This document shows, piece by piece, positions 1-8,937 of a DNA stretch of 64,000 nucleotides. The stretch spans positions 9,492 to 73,491 of the forward strand of contig CAVXNX010000004.1 of the NCBI GenBank assembly GCA_963763215.1, read 5' to 3'. Below the pieces are notes generated by a model. That model was not told the DNA's origin, made no database searches, and saw nothing but the letters and a program-made list of their open reading frames with translations. Position 1 is the stretch's first letter, and every line of letters begins with the position of its first letter. This DNA comes from an uncultured Bacteroidales bacterium. GTDB taxonomy: Bacteria > Bacteroidota > Bacteroidia > Bacteroidales > GCA-2748055. The translations under genes and the position numbers were made by a program.

Positions 1-1254
1 CATCAGGGGCATGAACAGTTCGTTTCCCCCGGTTACTTCGGCGATAAGGAAGATAGCGGTCAGGGGGGCATGGATCACGCCGGAGATCAGCCCCGCCATT
101 CCGACGAGGGCGAAGTTGCTCAGTGCGACGTGGATCCCGAAGTGGTTGAGCACGACGCCAAGAAAAAGGCCGACGTTCACGCCCGTATACAGGGAAGGGG
201 CAAAGACGCCCCCGACACCCCCGGCGGCAAAAGTCAGTGTGGTGGCAATGCTCTTGAAAATGATCATCAGCAGGAGAAAGAGCAGGATAAATATGGTGTT
301 TCCGCCGAGGGTGTCGTAAAATGTCCCGGAAAAAAGAAAGCTATAATCGCCGTGGAGCGCCCTGTTGATCTCTTCATACCCTTCGCCGTAAAGCGACGGC
401 AGGAAAAATATGATCACACCGAGCATCCCCCCTCCGAACAGGAGCCGTCTGACCCAGGATTTGATTTTATCGAACCGGTCGGAGATAAAGATAAAGACAC
501 GGATGAAATAGACGGAGACGAAGCCGCAAACCACGCCGAGGATAATATAAAGGTAGAAGTCGCCAAGCCGGAACGGTTCCTGGATCTGGAACGAATACAG
601 GAAGTTCTGTCCGAGAAAGAAATAGGAAGTGAGCGCAGCCGTGGCCGAAGCGATCAGCAGGGGGATCATGCTGAACACAGTGAGATCGAGCATGATCACT
701 TCAAGGGCAAAGACAATGCCCGCAATGGGAGCTTTGAAGATGGCCGACATGGCCCCTGCGGAGGCACATCCGATCAGCAGAATCGTTTCCTTGTAGGTCA
801 GCTTGGTCAGCCGGCCGGCCAGCGAACCGAGGGCTCCGCCTGTGGCCACGGTCGGACCTTCCAGACCGACAGACCCGCCAAATCCGACCGTGAGGACACT
901 GGACACGATCGAGGAGTAAAGATTGTGACTGTGAATGATCCCGTTATTACGCGAGATCGCATACAATACACTTGGAATCCCATGCTGGACCGGCCTTTTA
1001 TTGATATACTTGATGAAAACCATCACGATGAAAAGACCGGCGATGGGAAAGATGAAATAAAGGTAATGCTGGAAATTCCCGGCGTAGCCTTCGGTGAGCA
1101 ATACTTTGAGCAGATGGACCATGTTCTTGATGATCACCGCCCCTGCCCCGGCCGCAAGTCCGACGATCGCACTGAGTACGATTATCAACTGCCTCTTGGG
1201 GATGTGCCTTAGCTGTAGATGCTTTAATCTGCCGGGAAGCCAGGTAAATTTCAT
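1..1254 (-). CDS. ClC-family chloride channel/Cl-:H+ antiporter (3' end runs off the window)
   Basis: Not in the ORF track; translated by hand from the minus strand: MKFTWLPGRLKHLQLRHIPKRQLIIVLSAIVGLAAG...QHGIPSVLY...GFGGSVGLEGPTVATG...GGVGGVFAPSLYTG...GMAGLISGVIHAPLTAIFLIAEVTGG. These are ClC signature motifs. Confidence 0.92.
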   Translation of the reverse strand, partial: MKFTWLPGRLKHLQLRHIPKRQLIIVLSAIVGLAAGAGAVIIKNMVHLLKVLLTEGYAGNFQHYLYFIFPIAGLFIVMVFIKYINKRPVQHGIPSVLYAISRNNGIIHSHNLYSSIVSSVLTVGFGGSVGLEGPTVATGGALGSLAGRLTKLTYKETILLIGCASAGAMSAIFKAPIAGIVFALEVIMLDLTVFSMIPLLIASATAALTSYFFLGQNFLYSFQIQEPFRLGDFYLYIILGVVCGFVSVYFIRVFIFISDRFDKIKSWVRRLLFGGGMLGVIIFFLPSLYGEGYEEINRALHGDYSFLFSGTFYDTLGGNTIFILLFLLLMIIFKSIATTLTFAAGGVGGVFAPSLYTGVNVGLFLGVVLNHFGIHVALSNFALVGMAGLISGVIHAPLTAIFLIAEVTGGNELFMPLM

Positions 1255-1390
1255 TTCGGTACAAAAATAATATAATAAGCATACGAGAGAAAAAAACAGG
1301 CGTTTTCCTTCACCACCATTTTAACATTCCGGGGACCTCCTCCCCGTGCGCTATGATGCCCGTTCCAGGGAAATCTCTCTCCCCTTTTTT

Positions 1391-1398
1391 CAAAGATA
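1391..1398 (-). promoter_or_regulatory. Bacteroidota sigma70 -7 box (TATCTTTG) for the ClC gene
   Basis: Exact TAnnTTTG on the minus strand upstream of the start codon. Confidence 0.5.
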
Positions 1399-1737
1399 AC
1401 ACGAATTTAACGGAATTTTTCACGATACGCCGGCAGTTGACCCACGGTTGGCAGCATAAAAAGGTTAACAGCGATTAAAAGGCTTTGTTCAGACAAATTA
1501 GCGGATCCTTATCACCGGAGCTGTAGAGCGAATGACCCACGGTTGCAGCGTCTCCGATGCGTGATGGATCGCCTCAGGCGCACAATGCCACGGTTGGATA
1601 TAGCGACGCGCGACAGAATTTCCGGTAACCGGTTTATAAAACTTTTGCATATCAGCCCGAATCCGCTTATTTTTAATGTTTCTTCAAACAATAGTCAGGC
1701 CGTACCTGACCGTTATAGAGCGATGAATGGATGCGAC

Positions 1738-3234
1738 ATGAAAAACGGGACTTTCCGATATGCGCTAACTGTCGTCCTGCTGGCCTTTGCGTTCAGGCTC
1801 AGTGGGCAGGACAACACACCCCCGGCCAGGCCCTACATCACCTATGTAACGGTCGATACGGCCACAGGTAACACGCTCATTTACTGGACGAAGAGCCCGT
1901 CAGCTGATGTCGAGAAGTATGATCTCTATTACGAGATCACGACGGTTAACGGGTATGAAGGGGTTAAATTCGATTCGGTACCGGCCACCGTTTCACAGTA
2001 TACCCATGTCAACAGTGGGGCCGACAGGGCAAGCATCCTGTACAGCGTCACAGCAGTGGATAGTTCAGGGAATGAAAGCATCCGGAAACCGGGTTTACAC
2101 AGTACCGTTTTCACCAGCCTCGTCTACGATTCATGCCTGGCGCGGATGGCGGTGACATGGAACCGTTACCAGGGATGGGACGACAATGTTTCCGGTTACA
2201 GGCTCCTGCGCAGCATCGACAACGCCCCTTTTGGGATACTCACCGGTTTGAGTCCCGGCGACTCGGCATATACAGACGTTGATATAGCGGAGAACACCGG
2301 GTACCGGTACCTTATCCAGGCGGTTAAAAATGACGGACTCGAATCAATGTCGAATATTGCGGCCTGGTACACCCGCATGCCACCGTCCCCCGATAACCTT
2401 CTCATCGACTATGCCACGGTGCCTTCCGCGAATGTCGTCGACATCTCATTTTCCTATACACCGAATGGAGAGGTGAGCGATTTCAGCCTGCTGCGCTCAA
2501 GTAACCCCGTGTCCGATTTTCAGTCGGTCGGTATCGTGAACGGACTTACCTCCCCGCAGTATACCTTTACAGACAACATCATCACTTCATCGGAACAATA
2601 TTATTACAAGATCGGATCACTGAACGGATGCGGGGCCGTTATCGGCACATCCAATTTTGCCGTGAATATACTCTTGCGCGGCGACAGCCTGAGAGACGGG
2701 GTCAAACTGACCTGGAACAAATATGATCAATGGAGCGACGGCGTCCGGGAATACCGCATCTTCCGCAAGGAGGCCGACGGAAGCTTCAGTCAACTGGACG
2801 CCACTTCACCCCTGGTGACCACTTACATCGACCATCTCACGGGGATCGCCGGACATCACCTCACCGGTGAACTGACCTATTATGTGACCGCGGTGAGAAA
2901 TTCAGGAGGCATCACTTCACAATCCAACCCTGTCAGGATCCAGGTCAGCACGCACCTCCTCGATATTGCCGACGCGTTCACCCCCAACGGTGACGGCCGG
3001 AACGACAATTTCTTCCCCGTTTTTGATTTCAAACCCACCGAATTTCTCATGATCATCTATAACCGCGCCGGAACCCCGGTCTACACCACCGAAGATCCCG
3101 GGAAGGGATGGGACGGTACTGTAAACGGCAATAACATGGCCCCGGAAGGCGTTTACATCTATCACATCCAGTTCAAATCGTATAATGGGACGAGAGAGGA
3201 AAAAACAGGACATGTCACTGTTTTTTATCCCTGA
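1738..3234 (+). CDS. Secreted FN3/Ig-like protein with gliding-motility-associated (T9SS type B) C-terminal domain
   Basis: Signal peptide MKNGTFRYALTVVLLAFAFRLSG; FN3-like beta motifs; C-terminal AFTPNGDGRNDNF...IYNRAG...GWDG...EGVYIY...GHVTV. Confidence 0.85.
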   Translation: MKNGTFRYALTVVLLAFAFRLSGQDNTPPARPYITYVTVDTATGNTLIYWTKSPSADVEKYDLYYEITTVNGYEGVKFDSVPATVSQYTHVNSGADRASILYSVTAVDSSGNESIRKPGLHSTVFTSLVYDSCLARMAVTWNRYQGWDDNVSGYRLLRSIDNAPFGILTGLSPGDSAYTDVDIAENTGYRYLIQAVKNDGLESMSNIAAWYTRMPPSPDNLLIDYATVPSANVVDISFSYTPNGEVSDFSLLRSSNPVSDFQSVGIVNGLTSPQYTFTDNIITSSEQYYYKIGSLNGCGAVIGTSNFAVNILLRGDSLRDGVKLTWNKYDQWSDGVREYRIFRKEADGSFSQLDATSPLVTTYIDHLTGIAGHHLTGELTYYVTAVRNSGGITSQSNPVRIQVSTHLLDIADAFTPNGDGRNDNFFPVFDFKPTEFLMIIYNRAGTPVYTTEDPGKGWDGTVNGNNMAPEGVYIYHIQFKSYNGTREEKTGHVTVFYP

Positions 3235-3265
3235 TCACCGGAAAATATTTATCGGATAAAAACAT

Positions 3266-3273
3266 TAACTTTG
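3266..3273 (+). promoter_or_regulatory. -7 box (TAACTTTG) for relA/spoT
   Basis: Exact TAnnTTTG about 35 nt upstream of the ATG at 3308. Confidence 0.6.
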
Positions 3274-3307
3274 TACGTTGGCTCGTCCTTATTGTCAGGG
3301 AGGAAGA

Positions 3308-5542
3308 ATGGCAGTTATCGAGAAAAAAGAACAGACGGATATTCAGAGGCAGTTTGAGGATCTCCTGGAAAATTGTATTCACTGCAATACCGAAGAGGAC
3401 CGTAAACTGATCATCAAGGCATTCAATTTTGCCTCTGATGCCCACCGGAGCATGCGCAGAAAGTCCGGTGAGCCGTACATCGTCCATCCCATTGCCGTGG
3501 CCAAAATCGTGAACCGGGAAATTGGACTGGGTGTGAAATCGGTGGTATCTGCTCTCCTCCACGATGTTGTCGAAGACACAGACTATACCCTCGAAGACAT
3601 CGAGGCGCAGTTCGGAAAGAAAATCGCCACCATCATCGACGGACTGACGAAAATTTCCGGCGTTTTCGACAACAACTCTTCCCTTCAGGCCGAAAATTTC
3701 CGCAAGATGCTGCTCACCCTCTCCGAAGATGTGCGGGTGATCCTGATCAAGCTGGCCGACCGCCTGCACAACATGCGGACACTCGACTCGCTGCCCAGGC
3801 ACAAACAGATCAAGATCTCGGGGGAAACCATCTACCTTTTCGCGCCCCTGGCGCATCGCCTGGGACTTTATGCCATCAAAACGGAACTGGAGGATCTCAG
3901 CCTGAAATACCGGTATCCGAAGATCTACAATGAGATCACCGCCAAATTGAAGGATGATGAAGAACGACGGGTCCATCTCATCAACAAATTTTCGCTGCCC
4001 ATTATCGACAAGCTCGAAAAAAATCACATCACCTTCGATATCAGCGGAAGGCCCAAATCCATCTATTCCATCTGGAATAAGATGCAGCAGAAAAACGTGA
4101 ACTTCGAGGAGATTTTCGATCTGCTGGCCATCCGGATCGTTTTTGATCCCATGCCCGACATTCCCGAAAAGACGCAGTGCTGGAATATCTATTCCCTGAT
4201 CACCGACATATACCCGCCCCGGCCCGACCGGCTGCGCGACTGGGTATCGACGCCGAAAGCCAACGGCTACGAAGCCCTTCATGCCACTGTTATGGGGCCG
4301 TACGGAAAATGGATCGAGGTGCAGATCAGATCACGCCGGATGGATGAAATCGCCGAACGCGGCTTTGCTGCCCACTGGAAATACAAGGAACACGGGGCCA
4401 CCGATTCGGAACTCGACAAATGGATCAAACGCATCCGCGAAGTGCTGGAAAGCCCGGATTCGAATGCCCTCGAATTCATGGATGACTTTAAGCTGAACCT
4501 GTTCGCTTCAGAGATCTTCATCTTCACACCACAGGGACATATCAAAACCCTCCCCCAGGGATCCACAGCCCTCGATTTTGCCTATGAGATCCATACCGAA
4601 ATCGGGAACAAAGCCATTGGGGCCAAACTGAACCACCACCTCGTTCCCCTCAATTACCAGCTTCACAGTGGCGACCAGGTCGAGATCATCACCTCCGAAA
4701 ACCAGAAGGTCACCAGGGAGAGACTGGATTATGCCATCACGGCCAAGGCGAAAACCGCCATCAAATCGGCGTTGAAAGCCGAAACCAAAAACCGGATCGA
4801 AAAGGGAAAGAAAATCCTCGAAGAAAAGCTGAAAGAACTCAAGGTCCAGCCCAGCTCCAGGGTGTTTAAGAAATTGCTGCCCGCCTATGAGGCAAACACC
4901 AAGGATGAACTCTACAGTAAAATAGGCACCGGCATCGTCTCACTCGATGAACTGAAGAAAATCCTGCGAAAAAACTCGAGAAACAAATGGGTCAGGTACT
5001 GGGAAGTGTCGGTTGGGAAAAACGCCCGCAACCGCAACGAGGAAGAAGAAGAAAAAACGACCGACCGGAAAACCTTTGTCGCCCGGGAACAGATCAACGA
5101 GGAAGAACGCAACTATACCCTCGCCCGCTGCTGCAACCCGATCCCCGGCGATGAGGTGATCGGCTACCGCGACGAGGAAGACAATGTCATTATCCACCAG
5201 TCGCGGTGCGAAAATGCCATCCGCCTGATGTCGAGTGAAGGCAACCGGGTCATCCCCGTAAAATGGACCACCCACAAAATCCTTTCCTACCTCGCCAGGA
5301 TCCATCTCGACGGGTATGATAAATTCGGCATTTACAACAATATCACCACTATTATTTCCAAGGAACTGAGCGTCAATATCAGGACGATAAACCTTCATGG
5401 CCACGACGGAGTCTTTGAAGGAACCATCGACCTGTATGTCCACAATACGAGTGACCTTAATAACCTGATCATGAACCTGATCAAGATTAAAGGCGTCGAA
5501 AGTGTGCACAGGGTCGATGCCACTGAGATCCGGGAGGTTTGA
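3308..5542 (+). CDS. relA: Long bifunctional RelA/SpoT (p)ppGpp synthetase/hydrolase
   Basis: RKSGEPYIVHP, HDVVED hydrolase motif, IKLADRLHNMRTL, PKANGYEALH, AERGFAAHWKYK, TGS domain (LDFAYEIHTEIG), CCNPIPGD, C-terminal ACT. Confidence 0.96.
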   Translation: MAVIEKKEQTDIQRQFEDLLENCIHCNTEEDRKLIIKAFNFASDAHRSMRRKSGEPYIVHPIAVAKIVNREIGLGVKSVVSALLHDVVEDTDYTLEDIEAQFGKKIATIIDGLTKISGVFDNNSSLQAENFRKMLLTLSEDVRVILIKLADRLHNMRTLDSLPRHKQIKISGETIYLFAPLAHRLGLYAIKTELEDLSLKYRYPKIYNEITAKLKDDEERRVHLINKFSLPIIDKLEKNHITFDISGRPKSIYSIWNKMQQKNVNFEEIFDLLAIRIVFDPMPDIPEKTQCWNIYSLITDIYPPRPDRLRDWVSTPKANGYEALHATVMGPYGKWIEVQIRSRRMDEIAERGFAAHWKYKEHGATDSELDKWIKRIREVLESPDSNALEFMDDFKLNLFASEIFIFTPQGHIKTLPQGSTALDFAYEIHTEIGNKAIGAKLNHHLVPLNYQLHSGDQVEIITSENQKVTRERLDYAITAKAKTAIKSALKAETKNRIEKGKKILEEKLKELKVQPSSRVFKKLLPAYEANTKDELYSKIGTGIVSLDELKKILRKNSRNKWVRYWEVSVGKNARNRNEEEEEKTTDRKTFVAREQINEEERNYTLARCCNPIPGDEVIGYRDEEDNVIIHQSRCENAIRLMSSEGNRVIPVKWTTHKILSYLARIHLDGYDKFGIYNNITTIISKELSVNIRTINLHGHDGVFEGTIDLYVHNTSDLNNLIMNLIKIKGVESVHRVDATEIREV

Positions 5543-5640
5543 GCCAACGTTACCTGGAGGGTTCCTGCCCGCTTCCCCCAAAAAGCCATCATCAGGATTA
5601 GGGCTGATTTATATACGATTTGCGGTTTTTTTCAGTTTTC

Positions 5641-5724
5641 TTATTTAAAATAATGATAAACCGTATCCCCTATTTCATAATTTTTTAGTTAATTTGACAA
5701 GCTATTTTTAATTAGTCTAAGTTA
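5641..5724 (+). promoter_or_regulatory. Two AT-rich imperfect palindromes resembling Fur boxes upstream of fur
   Basis: TTATTTAAAATAATGATAAA (5641-5660) and CTATTTTTAATTAGTCTAAGTTA (5702-5724). The Fur-box assignment is inference. Confidence 0.4.
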
Positions 5725-6173
5725 TGGTCAGTGAAGAAACCAAGGAAACTGTAAAGAAGATATTCACCGAATATCTCGAAAAGAAAGGTCACCGGAAAAC
5801 ACCCGAGCGCTACGCCATTCTGGATGAAATTTATTCACGCGAAGGGCACTTTGACATCGAATCGCTGTACATCTTCATGAAGAACAAAAATTACCGGGTC
5901 AGCCGTGCAACCCTTTACAATACGATCGAGCTGCTGCTCGACTGCAACCTGGTGGTCAAGCACCAGTTCGGTAAGAATATTGCCCAGTTCGAGAAAGCCT
6001 ACCGCTGCATGCAGCATGATCACCTCATTGACCTGAATACGGGAAAGGTCATTGAATTCTGTGATCCACGGATCGATGAGATCATCCGGACCGCCTGCGA
6101 ACTGAACAACTTCGATCCTTCCCACCATTCCCTCTATATTTACGGAAGGAGCAAAGAAGAACGCGACACCTGA
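5724..6173 (+). CDS. fur: Fur-family transcriptional repressor
   Basis: [29 protein letters not shown]...GKVIEF. Confidence 0.9.
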   Translation: MVSEETKETVKKIFTEYLEKKGHRKTPERYAILDEIYSREGHFDIESLYIFMKNKNYRVSRATLYNTIELLLDCNLVVKHQFGKNIAQFEKAYRCMQHDHLIDLNTGKVIEFCDPRIDEIIRTACELNNFDPSHHSLYIYGRSKEERDT

Positions 6174-6205
6174 TCCGAACATTTTTTCATCTTTATGAAC
6201 GGATT

Positions 6206-6231
6206 ATCCCTCTTCCTGAGGGATTTTTTTT
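6206..6231 (+). terminator. Intrinsic terminator after fur
   Basis: ATCCCTC-TTCCT-GAGGGAT followed by a T-run. Confidence 0.7.
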
Positions 6232-6392
6232 ATCTTTATCGGGCGAAGAAAAAACACCGGGCATTCAGGACGCAGGGGCACAGGTAATGATCAACCCATT
6301 ATCCTGTCCTTGCGTTTTGTGTGTTCTGTGCCGCTTGCCTGTGAAGGACAAAGGGCCTTGCACCGGAATCAACATAATAAATACACGCTGTA

Positions 6393-7655
6393 ATGAAAAT
6401 TGATGTTATTTTAGGTTTACAATGGGGAGATGAAGGAAAAGGAAAAATCGTCGATGTCCTCTCTCCCGGTTACGACATGATCACCCGTTTTCAGGGTGGC
6501 CCCAATGCCGGTCATACCCTGGAATTCAATCATATCAAGCACATTCTCCATAATATTCCCTCGGGGATTTTCAGGGAAAACACGATCAACCTGATCGGAA
6601 ACGGCGTTGTGCTCGATCCTGTCATTTTCCGTCGCGAAATCGAAGCCCTCGAGAAACTGGGCGTCGATCCGACCCGGAATCTCATCATCTCCAGGAAAGC
6701 GCACCTGATCCTTCCCTCACATCGGGCGCTTGATGCTGCCAGTGAAAAAGCGAAGGGAAAAACCAAGATCGGCTCAACCCTCAAGGGTATCGGTCCCACC
6801 TATATGGACAAAACGGGCAGGAACGGCCTTCGGGTCGGCGATATCGAACTTGACCTGCAAAACCGGTATAACGCCCTCCTTGAGAAACACCGCAGTCTGC
6901 TGTCGATGTATGATTATACCTATGACGCCGCTGAGGACGAAAAGGAATGGTTTGAGAGCATCGAAACCCTGAAGCGTTTCAGGTTCGTCGACAGTGAGCA
7001 CCTGGTAAACCGGTACCTTTCCGAAAATAAGAAAATCCTGGCGGAAGGCGCACAGGGAACCATGCTCGACATTGACTTCGGGTCCTACCCCTACGTGACC
7101 AGCTCTAATACGATCTGCGCCGGCGCATGTACAGGCCTTGGCATCGCTCCCTCAAAAATCGGTGAAGTGCTCGGGATTTTCAAGGCGTATTGCACGCGTG
7201 TCGGAAGCGGACCGTTTCCCACCGAACTCAGCGACACAACCGGGGAAAGGCTCAGGGAGCAGGGCCACGAGTTCGGGTCCACAACGGGAAGGCCCAGGCG
7301 TTGCGGATGGATCGACCTCGTCGCTCTGAAATACGCCATCATGCTCAACGGGGTTACCCAGCTGGTCATGACCAAGGCCGATGTCCTCGATGCCTTCGAA
7401 AGCATCAACGTTGCGGTCGCATACAGGAGCGGCGGACAGGAAATCGATGAATTTCCCTACCTGCTCACCGACGAAACGGAACCGGTGTATAAAACGCTGA
7501 AGGGATGGAATACCCCTCTGACAGGGATCCGGTCAAAATCGGAGTTCCCCCGGGAACTGAACGATTACATCGCCTTCCTGGAAAAAGAACTCGGCGTGCC
7601 TGTCACGTACGTTTCGGTGGGTCCCGACAGGGAGCAGATCATTCGTATGAAATAA
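6393..7655 (+). CDS. purA: Adenylosuccinate synthetase
   Basis: GLQWGDEGKGK, RFQGGPNAGHT, EGAQG, GSTTGRPRRCGW, SVGPDR. Confidence 0.98.
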   Translation: MKIDVILGLQWGDEGKGKIVDVLSPGYDMITRFQGGPNAGHTLEFNHIKHILHNIPSGIFRENTINLIGNGVVLDPVIFRREIEALEKLGVDPTRNLIISRKAHLILPSHRALDAASEKAKGKTKIGSTLKGIGPTYMDKTGRNGLRVGDIELDLQNRYNALLEKHRSLLSMYDYTYDAAEDEKEWFESIETLKRFRFVDSEHLVNRYLSENKKILAEGAQGTMLDIDFGSYPYVTSSNTICAGACTGLGIAPSKIGEVLGIFKAYCTRVGSGPFPTELSDTTGERLREQGHEFGSTTGRPRRCGWIDLVALKYAIMLNGVTQLVMTKADVLDAFESINVAVAYRSGGQEIDEFPYLLTDETEPVYKTLKGWNTPLTGIRSKSEFPRELNDYIAFLEKELGVPVTYVSVGPDREQIIRMK

Positions 7656-7748
7656 CCTTCCGGGCAACCCCTGAGGTCATCATCCGTACCTTTGGCCATG
7701 CGACGCCGGAATCCTGATTCAGACCAAATGGCAACACAGATACCTGTC

Positions 7749-8684
7749 ATGAAAAATGCCCCGATAAAAAAGAGTATCACCCTGGTCTTCCTCCTGGCCT
7801 CTCTCAGCGCTTCCATCCTCGCCCAGGAGGTGGATCTCCGTTACCGGCTGAAACCCGGAATGGCCTATTCAACCGAGACAACACTTCACACCAGCATGAT
7901 CCAGAAGGTGATGGGCATCGACCAGGAAATCATCATGGATATGGTGACCGGCCTCGACGGGAAGGTAACCGATAATCACAAGGGAATCTATACCATTGAA
8001 TACCGGTACCGGCATCTGAGGATCGCAACACGGTCGGCGATGTTCGCCGTTGATATCGACACCGATGGTCCGGCCACCCCTCAAAACCAGATGATGAAGG
8101 TCCTCATCGGGAAACCCTTCACCGTGGAAATGGACGAACAGGGTAAGATCACATCAGTCAGCGGTCTGGAACAAATGATCAACGATATCGACACCCTGAG
8201 TGATGTGGATGCTGCCACCCGCGAACAATACAAAGCCTCCCTCCAGGAGACCTTTGGCAAAGAATCCTTTCTGCAAACGATGAACCAGGAATCGATCCTT
8301 TATCCCGGCCACCCGGTAAAAACGGGCGATTCCTGGAATTACCGGTATTCGACAACTTCCAACAATATCATGCTCAACCTGCAGAATGTGGCTACCCTGA
8401 AGGAAGTGTCGCATCATTACGCCCTGATCCGCATAAACAGCCTGATTGCCACCCCGGCAAATGACTCGATCAGCCTCGGAGGCAACAGCGGCAATATCAG
8501 TATGTCCGGGAACCAGATCTCCGAGGTCCGGATTGACCCGGTCACGGGGCTCATCATGGAAGGAAACGTCTCCCAGGACATCCGGGGCAGGCTCATCCTC
8601 TCCGATCTTCCCGATTCGGATGAACCCATGGAAATTCCCATGACCATGACCTCAAAAATTGAAGTTACCCTGAAGATGAAGTGA
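7749..8684 (+). CDS. Exported hypothetical protein (DUF6263-like)
   Basis: Signal peptide; LRYRLKPG...Y, GKPFTVEMDEQGKITSVSG and PVKTGDSW motifs; TACCTTTG -7 box at 7687-7694 supports the downstream start. Confidence 0.65.
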   Translation: MKNAPIKKSITLVFLLASLSASILAQEVDLRYRLKPGMAYSTETTLHTSMIQKVMGIDQEIIMDMVTGLDGKVTDNHKGIYTIEYRYRHLRIATRSAMFAVDIDTDGPATPQNQMMKVLIGKPFTVEMDEQGKITSVSGLEQMINDIDTLSDVDAATREQYKASLQETFGKESFLQTMNQESILYPGHPVKTGDSWNYRYSTTSNNIMLNLQNVATLKEVSHHYALIRINSLIATPANDSISLGGNSGNISMSGNQISEVRIDPVTGLIMEGNVSQDIRGRLILSDLPDSDEPMEIPMTMTSKIEVTLKMK

Positions 8685-8937
8685 CCCTTCGCCAGCAATT
8701 CCCTCCACCCACCTCCACCCCGGCGGCTTCCCGGGAATATCCCAAAAAGATTTCTGAACCTCAATTTCGCAACTCTACCCGGTGGGCTCTCTTTTTCAAT
8801 GTCTTGATAAATATTTCCCGGTTTTTTCCTGCCATTCCACCTTCGCAAGGGGGTGAAAAGCAAAAAATCAGTGTAACCCTGGGATCATCCCCGCAGTAAA
8901 AGAAATCTGTCGAGCAACCTTTTGGAACAACCCTTCT

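Noticed and set aside
70-1212. Long shadow ORFs (70-1212 +, 3215-4282 -, 12210-13208 -, 41919-42830 -, 59262-60242 + and similar)
   Set aside because: They are antisense to well-supported genes and have no recognisable motifs, as expected from codon bias.
1255-1400. Fluoride riboswitch or fluoride-specific ClC
   Set aside because: No crcB-motif consensus is visible, and the protein has GLEGP rather than the GREGT motif of fluoride exporters.
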